Shown piece by piece: positions 13,625-26,530 of a stretch of 64,000 bases of DNA. The position numbers were made by a program, and so were the translations under genes. The notes beneath the pieces were generated by a model. The model had not been told where the DNA came from and ran no database searches. It was given only the letters and a program-made list of their open reading frames with translations. Position 1 is the stretch's first letter. Each line of letters opens with the position of its first letter. The stretch covers positions 1 through 64,000 of the forward strand of contig QPGO01000260.1 of NCBI GenBank assembly GCA_008632985.1. The letters are read 5' to 3'. The stretch comes from Psammoneis japonica (Eukaryota).

Positions 13625-13940
13625 GAGTGAGAGTATCTATTGTCTTGAATTGTTTCTTTTCTATTGAAGTAATGTTATCTTACACTCACAAATCTTTTCT
13701 GTTGCGACCATTTAATTCCGATTCCCGGTATCGCCATACACACACCATGAGGTACCCCGCCGCGTTAAATGGGAGAAGACGATTCTCTTACAGGTGAGTG
13801 AGAGCATCTATTGTCAGGAATTGTTTCTCTTCTATTGAAGTTATAATATCTTACACTCACAATTGTTTCTATTGCGACCATTTACTCCCAAGTATAGCCA
13901 TAGGTCGCCTTGACACGCGCTTCGAGGTACCCCGCCTCGT
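13625..13940. repeat. ~150-bp imperfect direct duplication of the transposase 3' end and downstream region
   Basis: gagtgagag.atctattgtc...ctattgaagt...tcttacactcacaa...ttgcgaccattta...gaggtaccccgcc occurs at ~13625 and ~13796. Confidence 0.8.
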
Positions 13941-16565
13941 GATCACGTGCATTGCGGTGGGTCTTGAAGACCTTCTTCACCATTCTCTCAAGCATATCAT
14001 AGTTCAATTCAGGTGAGTCTGGGTTATTATCAAAGGTGTGGTAGAGGACCATGTACTTCCGAGCGTGGGCGGAAAACTTTCGAGTCATTTCTGGTGTAGT
14101 TGCCTTGATACACTGGTTCACTTCTGATATGAAATCCTTGAATGTTCGTTTTCTGCCATAGGAATCTTTCGATAAATTTTCTTCTGGTAACCCCAACCAA
14201 ACTTAATCCCGTGCCCTCCAAACTCACAGTGATACTTGGGCGTGAAAATGATGGTTACTGTGCAAGTATCGTCGGAGATGCTCTCGGCTAGGTACTCAAA
14301 GGCGGACTTCTCCTCCACAAAATCAGAGCAACGAGAAAGGATTCTTTCCAGATGCACGGCTCACACTCCTCTTTCAGGTTGCCGTCTTCATCAAAATCTC
14401 GTTTTGTTCCCTTCGCTGAGTAACGCGATATCGGGACGTTTGGATCAATGAAGCCGCGCTCCCAGCATATCTGCAGCAATCCCTTGGGCTTCCCTTCCCA
14501 TCCCTCTTCAATGTCTTCAACTTGGACAGTAAGTGGTATTCCGTACTGATTTGCCAGTGCTATCAGTTGTTTCTTCCTATACGTCTTTCTCTGCAATATC
14601 ACTCCTGCACGAGTTAATTCGTCAACCAGTTGGGCGTTGGTCTTATCTTTGGTCTTGTACGTCCCTAACCCTCTGTCTTTTCTCCTTCTTTCACGCTCCT
14701 CTGGTGACATATCAAATGGTCCAACTGCGTCAGGTCCAACTGCGTCAGGTCCAGTGCCGAAGTTGTGACTAAAGGATTCCCCCACCTTTGCCGTCTCCTT
14801 TGCCGTCTTGGGGTGCGGTCCTACACCTCGTTCGTCCAGCTCTTCAACCTGTCGCATTCGGGGTTGCTGGCCGCCCCATCCCTTGTTCATAGATTTTGTT
14901 GATAACCCGTCTTTCCTCTTTACACAGTGACCAGAGCTCTGATCAAAGGGCATGACATAATCATGGTCAGGGAAGATCACTTTGAGGCAGTCCACGATGT
15001 CTTCAATTTGGAGCTTCATTCTGGCACCGGTCCAGTATCCATCGTGGTTCGCCCCGTACCGTAGCATCTTGACAAATGGTGAGCGAAGCATGTCGTCTTC
15101 AAACATTTCTTTGGTCAATAGAAATTTCTCTGACTTGCCATACTCTGAAATTGCTTCCTCGACAGATGCGTAGTGCTCCCCAAGTCGGCGCTCGTTCACT
15201 TCTTCAAGCTGTTGATCCGTCAAGGTACACGCCATGCCTAGCTCTCTTGAAGTGAAGCCGCTAATCATTACTCCCTCACCATGCGTTTTTGAAAGAAGAA
15301 GTTGTTCACCCTTTGGTCCTTTCCAGCCCTTCGAGGAGAAGAGATACTGGTGGAAAATACAATCATCTTGCCCGAGGATCACTACCGGTCTCTTGTCTGC
15401 AGGCTTTCGAACCGATAAGTCCCCTCCCCACTTCTTGTTTTCTTCGCTGATGTACTTCTGTTGCGCTGGATGTGTGTCAACGTGATACTCACGCATTGCC
15501 GTTCCGTCTTCAGGTGTATAGGCGTGGAAGGCGCTTTGCATTGGGTCGTCTTCGTCGTCCTCCAACATCATTGCTTCGACTTCTTCTAGTTGCACCCAAC
15601 GACGAGCGCGTAGCTCATACTGAAAGTACATCTTGATCATGCTTTTTCGGTGTTTCACGTTCTCTGGTATTCCTCCGCGTGCACCATTTGAAACCAAGAA
15701 GGATCATCCATCGCCAAACCGTTGTGGGATCAACGGTCTTCAGATTCAGGAATTTCAAGAAGCCTTCTTCGTCGACGGAGTCCCATTCTTCGATTTCACG
15801 AATATCGTCATTGACTTCCTTGTGCAGCTCGGGCACCAGATCTTCCACAATGTAGTCTCGCATTCTGTCAGTGCTCAAGTTGGTGAGATTCTTCCGACCG
15901 TAGTCACAAATCTTTAACTTGGCGTGAGGGAAGCATTGGAAGAGCAACGGTTCCCGAGCTACCTTGGATCCTCTCGGGTTCGGGGAGGTTTCAAGTACAT
16001 GAAATTCTTGGTTCCAGTCCCGAACGCTTCGTTCTCGTGTGATACTCGTCACCCCGATATCTGCTAGTCGGTCAATCGCCTCCTGTGCCACCTGCTTCCA
16101 TGACATCCTCCTTGTGGGAGCAATTGAAGATCGCTGACAAGGGCAACAAACAGGTGCTGACACTTGCGACAGATCATATCAATGTTGAAGTTGGAGAGCA
16201 GCTTGTCGTCATCACCACCTTCGATCACCTCGAAGTACTTGTTCCTGTCATTGACTACTCGTTTGAGCTTCTCCATTCGTCGATGAATTGCATCTTCCGC
16301 TGTTTCGCCCGGTCTTGGTGGGAACAGTGATCGGGCATTGCCGCGTTCCCAGTAGCTTGAGGCCGAAGGTGGCGGCTCGACACGGCGACGCTTGCTTGCT
16401 TGTAGGGAGAGGCAAGGATTTACCGGTACAAGTCTATGCATCAGGATAAACAAGCTACTTGGAAGTGCGTAGAACGTGTCGTGTGTTGCCATGCTCGGCG
16501 ACGAGTCTCTAAGTAATCTTGACGGGGCGAACTCCGACGTTATCTGGAAAAATGGCGTCTGTCAT
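13882..16565 (-). mobile_element. IS630/Tc1/mariner-superfamily DDE transposase with a long insertion, frameshifted
   Basis: Motifs TVWRWM..LGF, ILGQDD.IF, GVMISGF, GYW, FDQSSGH, KGLLQICWERG, SDF.EE and FTPKYHCE..G.GI..GWG are typical of this eukaryotic DDE group. No terminal inverted repeats were identified. Confidence 0.75.
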
Positions 16566-18529
16566 TCTTCCGCCAGAACTTTGCGAACATTTCTGGAAAT
16601 GAAAGTTGCCAACAATTTAACAATTTTTAATGTTAAGTTCATCCCGTCAGAAGCCCGACGTAGGCCTCCATAAGATCCAGTGCAAAGTTTAACGGTGTTC
16701 GCACCACGCGTGGCAACAGGCTCTCGAGTGGATTTGTGCTGGAGCTTGTGCACCCTGATGGACTTGTGAATCCTTGTCAGAGGGGCAGTGTGCGCGTGTG
16801 AGGAGTTCATGTGCAACGTCACCTGGTGGCACGGGGGGGACAGACGCCGGGCAAGGGTGGAACTTGCTGAGTCATGCAAACAACAGGAATCATTCGAAAA
16901 TGTCGCAAGAGTCGTGGTTGGCATTTTGCATTGTGAGGAAAAACACCAAATCGCGTGAAATGTGCACAATGTCATGCGAGAGGGTGATTGGAGCCAGTGG
17001 CTTTTCGGGAAATCAACTGAAATGTCATCTGACCAAAGGCATTTTGAGAAGTTGACATTCGAGTGCGGATGGGTGGACAGACTGAAAACAATTGTTTCTG
17101 GCAATCTTCTGCACAATTTCTGCGCAATGACTCTGAGAGCCGAGTGATTCCCATTGGGTGGAAAAAAGGATGGATTTCGAGTTGGGGTTGCATGGTTGAG
17201 ATTGCAGTTTGGCGGAGTGGCAGGTTGGTTGGTCAGCGAGCGATTTGGTGATCGCAAGGCTCAGGCGCTTTAAAGACCCCCCATTGTGATGGGGTTGAGG
17301 AGTGGCGGGTCAGGCCAAAGCATTTTGCGGATGTGGTTTGCCAGGTGGTGGTGGCGGCAGGAGGGAGGATGGCGGGTGGGGATTGTTGGGTGCAGGTGTG
17401 TGCGGCATGGGCAGCTGGGTGTTGAAAGGAGGATTCAGCAGTCCAGGGTGGGGCAGGGATGGGGTGGTCTTGGTTGGCACCAAAGAGAAGGCGGTGAGCA
17501 AAGCAGCCTGGGGCTCCCAGATGGTTGACGGCAAAGGGAGTGAGGCAGATTCCGGCATTGTCAAGGGTGGATGTGAGGGTTGCTTCATTTTGGGCCTTGC
17601 TGCAGTGCTGCCATGGGTGGGAACACCGCAGAAATCACACAGGTGCCATTTTTTTAGCAGTGGTCAACCTCTCTGCCCAAATGGACCATGGCGGTCGTTG
17701 ACGTCCTGACAAAAAACCCACTTGTCTTTCTTTGTGGGTGTGGGTGTGTGCCGTTGCATGCTGCATTGTCTGCACGCACACCACAGATTGTGGTGGCAGA
17801 GCGGCATGGCCACCGCACGGTGGTGACACGGACAACCATCACATTTGATTTCTCGTGCCATTTTTGGGGCTGTGGCGAGGTGCACAGACACTCTTTTTTT
17901 TTTTCAATTTGTCGCCACAACAGCGCATTGCACAAACTCACTTGTTGTTTGATGTGTTTTCCCCACGTGTCTGTTTCGTGTGGAATTCACAATTGATCAT
18001 CTTCACAAATGACTGGATGCATTTTTTAGCATGCCACACCGGCAATCCCAATTTTACAGCACTTTCGAGCTCTCCTGAAAAACAGTTCCACATGCCCATT
18101 GCAGGGAATTTGTCAATTTTTTAGGATGTCCCCACGACCTCTAATGTCCTCAATGATCATCCCATGAATCCGCACAACTCATTTGCACTGAACAACCCAT
18201 GCCACTCCAAAATCTAAGGGACACACTTTCAAATTTGGACGGACCACCCGACTCGTCTGGTGGGGCAACAATCCGAGATGCGAGCCAGCATGGCAAAATT
18301 TCCGTCACTGTGGAAAGTTGGATTTGTCCTGCGTTGTTAATTGCCTGATGCTAACTCTGCACGCCGGCGTGCAGACAACTGATGTTGTGCGTTAAACCAA
18401 GCTATGATCTTGCACGTCAATGCCTGAGTTGATTCATGCAACCCAATCTTGTCACCTGCCACGTGGTTTTTTTACCACGTGGTTTGTCCCACCCATTTTC
18501 ATGTCATTCGTTTTTGCAACATGAACAAT

Positions 18530-21500
18530 GGCGGCCCCCTTCGCTGTCGGAAATGATTGTCCCGTGTGCGGCAAACGTTTTCTCCCAACTGGTCTTCAAC
18601 ACCACCTAAGAACTTATCTTCCCTGCAAACTGTCCTTTTCTCAAAGCCTTCACGATTTCTTCCCGTCAATCCGACCCCGCTCATGGCAAACACCCCCAAA
18701 CTGGAGAGTTGCATGAACAAGTGGATGTTGCTGCCTCTTCTACCCCCGGCTCTCCTCCATTTTAATTTGTTGCCGCACGCCCCGATGCCAACGCAGTTCC
18801 AACTCCACAAGGTTGCACCCGACACAATCCCCGGCCGTTGCGCTCCAATCGTGCACCTTCACATGTCCCAGAGCTGCGGGGTTCCCACAACAACTCCATT
18901 CTTCCCCACATTCTTGATGATGCATCAGACTGCCAGTTTCCAGACCCCGAAGAATTTGTTTCCGACACCGAGGGTTCCACTGCCAATGTTGCAGAATCTG
19001 GCCCTTTTCCACACTCGATCAAGTTGGACGCCTCTCCGCGGACGAGGACCTCGTGGTGCCCAAAGCACACAACTGGGAAACGACATCCATGGTCTGCACA
19101 TTTAATTTGTGCCGCTCCAAGGGTGTCCCAATCAGCGCAACAGATGAATTGCTGAGAACTGTGCAGCAGGAATTCTCTGGTGGTGGGTTGTCCAGTCACT
19201 GGACAAATCCCCTCTTCTCGAACTTTCCTGGTCCAAGCTCAAGTTGATGTTGCCAGCATTGTGCCCCCGGTGCTGCAGCGCATTCCTCTCAAGTCTGTCT
19301 CTGTCGTCAACCAATTCAAGAACAACCCGCCTCAGGAGCTCTCTCCCGGCATCCCTGTGTGCGACTTTTCCCTCCAACTGCAGGATCTGTTCGACGATCC
19401 CCCATTTGCCGATCTTTCAAATCTTGATGTTCCTCCCGATTCACGTTGGTCTCAGGTGCTCTCCAGTGAACCCATGTTGGACGAGAATGGTGATTGGAAA
19501 CTTTGTGACGACGCCAAAATGAAGGACGGTGAAACTTGCAGCAACTGTTGTTGTGGCTGCATTTTTCCCGCCGTCCCCGGTTCCTTTCATGTGTTCGTTT
19601 TGCATCACACCGACAAAACTGGGAAAGGACAGGTCACACCTCATTTGATGGAGCCATTTGTTTTCTCTGCAACTCTCATCAAGTCATGTGCCCGCCGTTG
19701 TTTTGAAGCATGGCGTCCTCTCGGTTTCGTTCCGAAGCACACAGGTTGCAAAACAAAGAATCCCATTTTCGGGATGAACGTCAGAAATTACCACCGAATT
19801 TCATCTGTCCTTCTGGCATCTGTGGTTCAAGCGCAAGAATCACCTCCCATCTGCCAAGTCCAACTGGGCGATCAGCATTGTTGCAAGCTCATTGTTGTCC
19901 ACAGCGCAACATTGTTGGGCGATGCTGTTAATGCCACACAAGCAACCGGCCGTGTTTCTGGTCGCGAAAACTCCCGCCGCATCAGTCATGCCTGTCATGC
20001 TTCCTGGACCAACAGCAATGAACCTTTACATTGCTGCAGGTGCTTTTCCCAAGAACTGATGGAGCGTTTGACTGTTGCAGCACTTGGACCACCACCTGGT
20101 TCCACCGACAGTCCATGGCATCTTCATGTCGAATCACAAATCAACACAGTGATGTCTAAGATGAAAGCCGATTCAATCCGTTCCAAGGCACGCAGTGCAG
20201 TTGTCCGGCACATGAACATTTGTTCCACCATGCTTCACAAGGTGTTTGGCCAACACACGGTTGACAATTCATTCTTTCGTCTTTGGATGGGAGACAATCG
20301 TCAGGGTGTGTTTGGGTTTGCGTCCCCTGATCCAATGCACACATTCCAAGGCGGCATGGTCCCTCAGATGCTCTCTGTCATTCTTGACGATTTGCCCGAT
20401 TCCTCCCAATCCCGACTGAATGATTTGGCAAACCACACATTTGGATCTCAGTGGTGCAGACCAGGTCAGAGATCTAACTTTCCACCTGGCAAATGGATTT
20501 TGCACCTTGTCTGGTTTGACCTGCAACCAAATGATGGGAGAGCTGTTTGCGTTGGCACTGATGGGTCAGGGACGGAGCACACTCTGTCTTCGTTGCCATC
20601 CTGATTTTGACAAGACAAAGAAAAAACGTGCTTCTAATTTCGATGATCAGCCTTCAGAATGTGAGTGCGAAGAAGAATGTGATGCAAAGAAGAAGACAAT
20701 GATGGTTGTGCACACGAAGAAGGTGAATCCGTTTCCGACAACCACAACGATTCGCTTGATGACAACGATGAGTCCGCACATGATTCAGACAAACAGCAAC
20801 CAAATTCGCAAGATGACGAGGAAGAGAGTGACGAGGAGGAAGTTTCCCCTGGGGATCAACCACTGCAGGCCTCCACATCCTTGGTTGACAAGCCTTGCGC
20901 TGACGAAGAATGCAGCCACGACAACCCTGCCCACAACGAACATCTGGAGGATCAACGTCGCCGTCACGGGCTCATGCACATGTGTCCTTACACGACGCAG
21001 CTGACAACGGCTCAAGCTCACATTTGTCACAACATTGTGTGGATGCAAACAAGAAATGTCAACCTGGATCGTCAATTCTGCATCCCAAACCATGCCGATT
21101 CCTCCGTTTCTGAGATTTTTAGATGCTGTGTGGATCAACGCCAGTCCCTTCACACAAAGGCAAATTCTCATGACCCACCATTCATTCATTCAGAAATTGA
21201 AAAGGAGTTGCCTCTTGCATTCCGCCAAAGGCTGAACAGCCTGTGCGACGACCTGGAGCCGGCTTGTTGTTCAGTGGACTGTGATGATGTGGAACACTTG
21301 TTGCTGTTGCTCAACAAATTGTTGTTGCTCCACTCCTTCTACAGCTGCAGTTCTTCCCTGTGCTCACACACCAACCAAGCCGACATTGAATGTCGCCCAG
21401 TGCTTCTGATGTTCGAGCTGCGCAGCATGATCAATCGTGGCAAAGGCACACATGGATGGAAAACATCCAAGTTCCACGACCTGCTGCACTTGATCGCCGC

Positions 21501-22500
21501 TCTTTGTTGGTTGGGTGTGTTTTCTGGATGGGATGCCGCCGCCGGCGAGTCTGGTCTAAAGAAATGGGCAAAGCTTCCAAGTTGGACCTGCCAAGCATTG
21601 CAAGGTGAAGAAGAGTTCACACGTCAACTTGCAAGCCGACTGTGCAAGCAGAGTCTTTTGGAGAGAGCCAACGATTTGATTGTCCGTCCACATGCAACTC
21701 AGGATTCGTCAGTGGCAGCATCATTGCACCACGACCTGGGTCATGCCATGTTCACAGTCGACCGAGTCGAAAAAACATGCTGCGAGTGCACCGGCACCTT
21801 GGAAATGAAAAGGGAACAAAGCGCTCATCTAGAGCTGGATGTTGTTGATTTTTTGTGCCGTCGCAACCAGTGGGGAATCCGGCGCAGGCATGTTGTTGTG
21901 TGTTCCGAGTCAAATCTACAGGCCAAACACGAGTTGCGCTTTCAGGCGCACCCGAATTGCCGCAAGGGTGGGCGATGGCATGACTTTGCACGTGCCAAAT
22001 GCAGAAATGACGATGGAACCAACAGCTTGTTTCCAATGCAACTGCATGGTTTTGTTCTGAGTGACGACAAAAAAGAAGTTGTTGCTTTTGGGAGAACTTG
22101 TCTGAAGCAAAGCGCCATGGAAACGAAAATGAGCAAGAACGGTTTGTTTCAGCATTGGCGAATGGAGAGCACGTCACCCAAATGCACCTTCAGGTGTTGT
22201 CAGAAGAACATGCTCATTGGCGGCAGAATGGGTGTTGCATTGCCCAAGATGGCTCTTGTTGACCGGGGCAAATGACGAAAGAAAGGCCGGAAACGAAAAA
22301 AAGCTGTTGAAAACAATTTAGAGGAAAGCATCAATGTGACCAATTTGTCCCTGTCCGGCTCCATGTCTGATCGAGAGACGTCTGACGACAAGATTTTGTT
22401 TGTCCTTGACATGAAGAATGAGTGGCCGGAGCTTTTTCTAATGGCGGCTTGCACTCGGGAGGCAGGGGTGCATGTGAAGTTTGACAATGCATTGCAACAA
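18530..22500 (+). pseudogene. Decayed Plavaka-like DNA transposase
   Basis: N-terminal C2H2-like CPVCGKRF...HH, then F...LQDLF.D, TDKT, EPFVFS, WRPLGFVP, RNYHR, LLGDA, DPMHT..GG, KFH.LLH, GESGLK.WAK.P and F.AHPNCR.G..WHDFA (expected AHPNYR..WYD). Frameshifted. Family assignment is from recalled motifs. Confidence 0.7.
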
Positions 22501-22511
22501 AGTGAGTCTCC

Positions 22512-25105
22512 TCACATGATTTTCCGGAATTCTGTCAACGTTTTCTGGCACAATTCCACAAGGTTTGAACATGACCACACACTCTCCGGGTCGGTTGTGT
22601 GATCGCATTTTGCAACAAAATCCTCTGGTTTGCACCATTTGTCGACCAAGAAAAATTCGATCCGATGTTTGAATCCGTGTGTCTTGGCAGCAGCAGTGCA
22701 CAATTCTTTGCATCTCATCGGCAAAAAGACTGTGCCATCGTCGTGGAGGAAAACAAAGTCCTCTTTCAAACCATGTTTCCTTGGACAGTGCAGGTGACAT
22801 GACAGCTGGTCCATGCACGCCATGGTCACTGACATTTTGTTGTTGCGCATCAGCTGCCATGCTGCCTCACATGTCTTCCGTGCCTCATCTAATTCAATTC
22901 CACCGGAATGTTCAACGGGAGAACTCTCTGCCACCGTGTCAACCAGGTGCCGATAGAATCCGTTTTTATCATCATCACTCAAAGCAGCAAATGTGGCATT
23001 CTCAGCTGGACAATCACCAAGGTGGGCACCAGATTGGATGTGCAAATTTCCTCTTGTGCTTCCAAGCTGCACTGCTTTCCTTGTTTTTTCCGGTGCGCCC
23101 ATTTTCTTGCTTTTTTTCCCGTCCATTGTTAACTGACGAGCCGTTTCCTTTGCTTCTTCCATCAAGTTCAGATTGCACAGCACCCTGTCTTGTTCTTCCA
23201 AAAAACTGATGAACAGATGTGGACAATCTTCTGTTTCGGGTGTCCCATCATGCAGGCTCTTGCTGACGTTCTGACACCTGGGATGGGAGGAACAGTGCAC
23301 CTTGCTGAGGTCACCACCACATTTTGCTTCTTTCACCAATTGTGTGATGCACTTGAACATCTTGCCCCTCAGTTTGGTCAAAGACTCGAGTGTTCTCTCC
23401 CAAGCTGGCAAGGAGATTGCGGTTGACACAGACCGAACTGGCAGAGGTGTTCCATTGCATTCCCTGCAAACCAACCCCTTGTGCTCTGTGATGTGTCGGA
23501 GGCAAACAGCTCTGTCGTGGCACTCACAAAACAGAATCCACAGCCACGCGATGCACCCGAGCATTGTCGTTTGAGTCTTGCCCTCCTTCATCTTGACGCA
23601 CCTTCCTTTGCTGCAGTCGGATGTGACGTTTGTTTCCGCCAAAGACAGAATCTTTTCCGCAGCCTTGGCTGTTTCTTCCTGGTTGCTGAGTGTGTGCAGG
23701 TCAATGGTGTTGGAATGTTCCTTTGGTGCTGCAATCAAGGACTCCGCACAAGGACAACTGACGTTTAACTCAAGCTTCTTCAATTGGCTGTCAACGATCG
23801 ACCTTGTGCATGACAAGTGAGTGAAGCAGCTGTTTCTTGCAGGCACACAATTCTCCAATGGCTTGTCAACATTTTTTGGGACAGAAACACGGACCAGTCC
23901 TCAACCAAGTGCGAGGCAAGTGCAATGTGATCGTGGTCAATGTCCTTCCCATTGCTTGCATCTGAATGCCAAGTCGCTGCTCCAATTGAGGAGGTGTGTG
24001 CGTGGAACTCTCTTAGAATGGCCCACAGATCATCTGGGCAGTTCAGCCATCTTTGACACTTTGAGGCGACCCTTCGTCGGAGGGAGCTTGTCACACCCTG
24101 TTGCGATCGTTGCGTTCCATCCAGCATCCCACAGCAAATGCCATGCACCACCATTGCAGAGAGCTGGAGCATCCACCTGCACAACCTTGGAAATGTGCAG
24201 TCGGTTGCTCCCAGTGGGCATCCTGGCATTGCCACTCCCACACCACAGCTTCTGCTCCATTTCCCACCAGCTGCATTGATCCCACCGTCCATGGAGCAAA
24301 ACTTTCTGCATTTGTCTGCTTTTGAAAGGGTGTCATGCTCATCGCCGAGTCCAGTGCGCAATCCATCCTCGACGACACTTGCAGTTTGAGACAAAAGGTC
24401 CTCATTTGCAATCTCCAGTTGCAATTGAAGCATTTGAAAAAGGGTTTGCCATCTGCAGGAGTGTCAATTCCAGCGACATTGTGTTCGTTGACGACAATTG
24501 GATCCCTTGGGTGCAACGAGGAATGAGGATGATTGCACGAATTTGGCATCACACGAACGTCACCGCCGAGATTTGATGCCAGTTTCTTCGCAGACTCCAA
24601 TCCAGTCACCACGTGCCAGTTCACGTGCAAACGGAAATGCACTTGAATCTGGCATCCACGCTTTTTCTCGACAAACAACAGCTGTCTTTTCCACGAAGTT
24701 TTGATCTTTTGCAGATTGGCAAGATCGAAATCGGGGAACAACTGGGCTTGTGACTTCTTCTCATCTGTTGGGAAGAACGAGGTCGTTCCCCAACACTTGT
24801 CATCTTGCCCATTCGGGGTGTGGTTGGTGCCATTTAACCCAACAACTGAAATTTTTTTCCTTCAGAAGGTTGGCCTTGCTGATTTCCCCAGTCTTGCACT
24901 TGCTCCTTCTGCCCATGCGACCGCAGTTTGCATCAATGGCATCTAAAGCTGCGTCTAGCTTGTGGCCCCGGTCTACGAGAGACTTGGCATTCCAAGTCTT
25001 TTGCAGCGGCATCTGACAGCACATGGGACACATTGCACAGCTTTCTAGATGTTCAAAGGAACATCTTGCGCGAACCTTTCCGTCAACACCATCGACTGCC
25101 TGCAA
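22512..25105 (-). pseudogene. Decayed hypothetical gene(s), probably transposon cargo
   Basis: Long minus-strand ORFs 22512-23858, 23780-24433, 24091-24741 and 24800-25105 have protein-like composition apart from Tyr loss. They converge on the transposase. Confidence 0.4.
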
Positions 25106-25178
25106 CGAGTTTGCAACCTCACAAGCGGCAGTGACGCGGTTGCTTCTTCGTGGAGTGAGAGCGATGCAGTTGATTTTT

Positions 25179-26530
25179 TCAACGCCATGTGGGTGTGAAA
25201 CAACTGGTTCGTGTGTTTTGTCTGAGACAAAGTCCTTGATCTAGAGATCGACAAAATCCAAGAAGTGAGCGACAACCAAAACGAGAAGCCAGCACAAAAA
25301 ATCTAAACGAAACATGCACCTCCGACAATGTCACTCCACAATCTTTGCAACAAGGACAAATGCCCACCTGCTTTCCGCGGTGTGGGTGTGCAACTGCAGA
25401 TGGATGGAAAAGAGGCATTTCCTCCAACTGATCATTTCGCAGGCACCTGACAATCCACACTTTGCCAACCACAGCCCAGTTCTCACAAAGGCAATGGGCC
25501 ACCGTCGCATCGACAGGCAGAAACACATTGCCAACGTCAGACAGCTTTTGACGGAAGTGAGTTGACGATTGATTGAAAAACGAATCTGTCAAGATTCTGT
25601 TGTTGAAATGAGATTTGAACCCAATGTCCATCGACATTGAGTCATGGACACATTCCTGGGAAGCCCAATTTTCGCAACAATTAAGAGCAAGTACATCGAC
25701 GACCATGTGATTCGGATTTGAAGCAACTGTTTGACGGCAGTCAACAGTGTGGACATTGAATCCGTTTTTGACTGGTGCCTTGCATGCTGCGGTGTCTCTG
25801 CACTCCTGGGAGGATGCGCCAGTCGTCCCGTCACCGAAGACAAGGCCCACAACCAATGTGTTGTTGTTGACAACGTCATTCCCGGTGGTGCAGACATTGG
25901 GCAAGTTGGATGATTCGTTGTGACATCCAAAGCAATGGTTGTCCAACACCACTTGATCAGCAAACAGTGGCTCATCGCCTCCAAAGCGGCCCAAGCAAAG
26001 TCGAAAGTCTGCTGACATGTCCTTTGTTGATTTGATCAAAAGTCCCTCCACACAGGAACCAACAGAATTGCCACAAACCTCGTCAGCAGGTGTGCTCATT
26101 TCCAGTGAGTCATCGTCTTGCACGCGCTTCCTTTTCCCAGCAAGAGATTTTCTCCTTGCATCAGCCTGTCTTTGTCGGGTTGTCTGCGATGACAATTCCT
26201 CTGCAACCTCCCTCAATGCAGATGACAGATGTTTGTTGTTGCACACCATTGAACAGTCATGCAGCGCTCTTGGCCAGATGACCAAAGCTTGTCCCGTTGG
26301 AAGTGTGTCGAGAAATCCATCAGCATCGAGAGTGCGGAATAAATGATTGATGCCAGCGGGAGACAGTCCAACAGAAGCCACCTTCTTGTGTGTCAAGGTC
26401 CTCTTGCTGACACACTGACTGGGTTGGAAACACACACATTGCCGAGAATGTTTGTTGTTTTGGTGATCAAGTCCTGTTAGAATGGGTGGCAGACGATGAA
26501 TGTGGTGATGGTTGGAACATGACAACGACA
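25179..26530 (-). pseudogene. Decayed gene with a possible Rossmann/methyltransferase-like domain
   Basis: LVVGLVFG...RD...GFNVHTVD...H...(Y>H)DSMSMD...LSDVGNVFLP follows the alternating strand/helix order of a SAM-dependent fold. Weak, motif-level evidence only. Confidence 0.3.

Noticed and set aside
16562..18120. Pro-rich and other ORFs at the start of the mutated domain
   Set aside because: No recognisable motifs; possibly a decayed gene, but not supportable.
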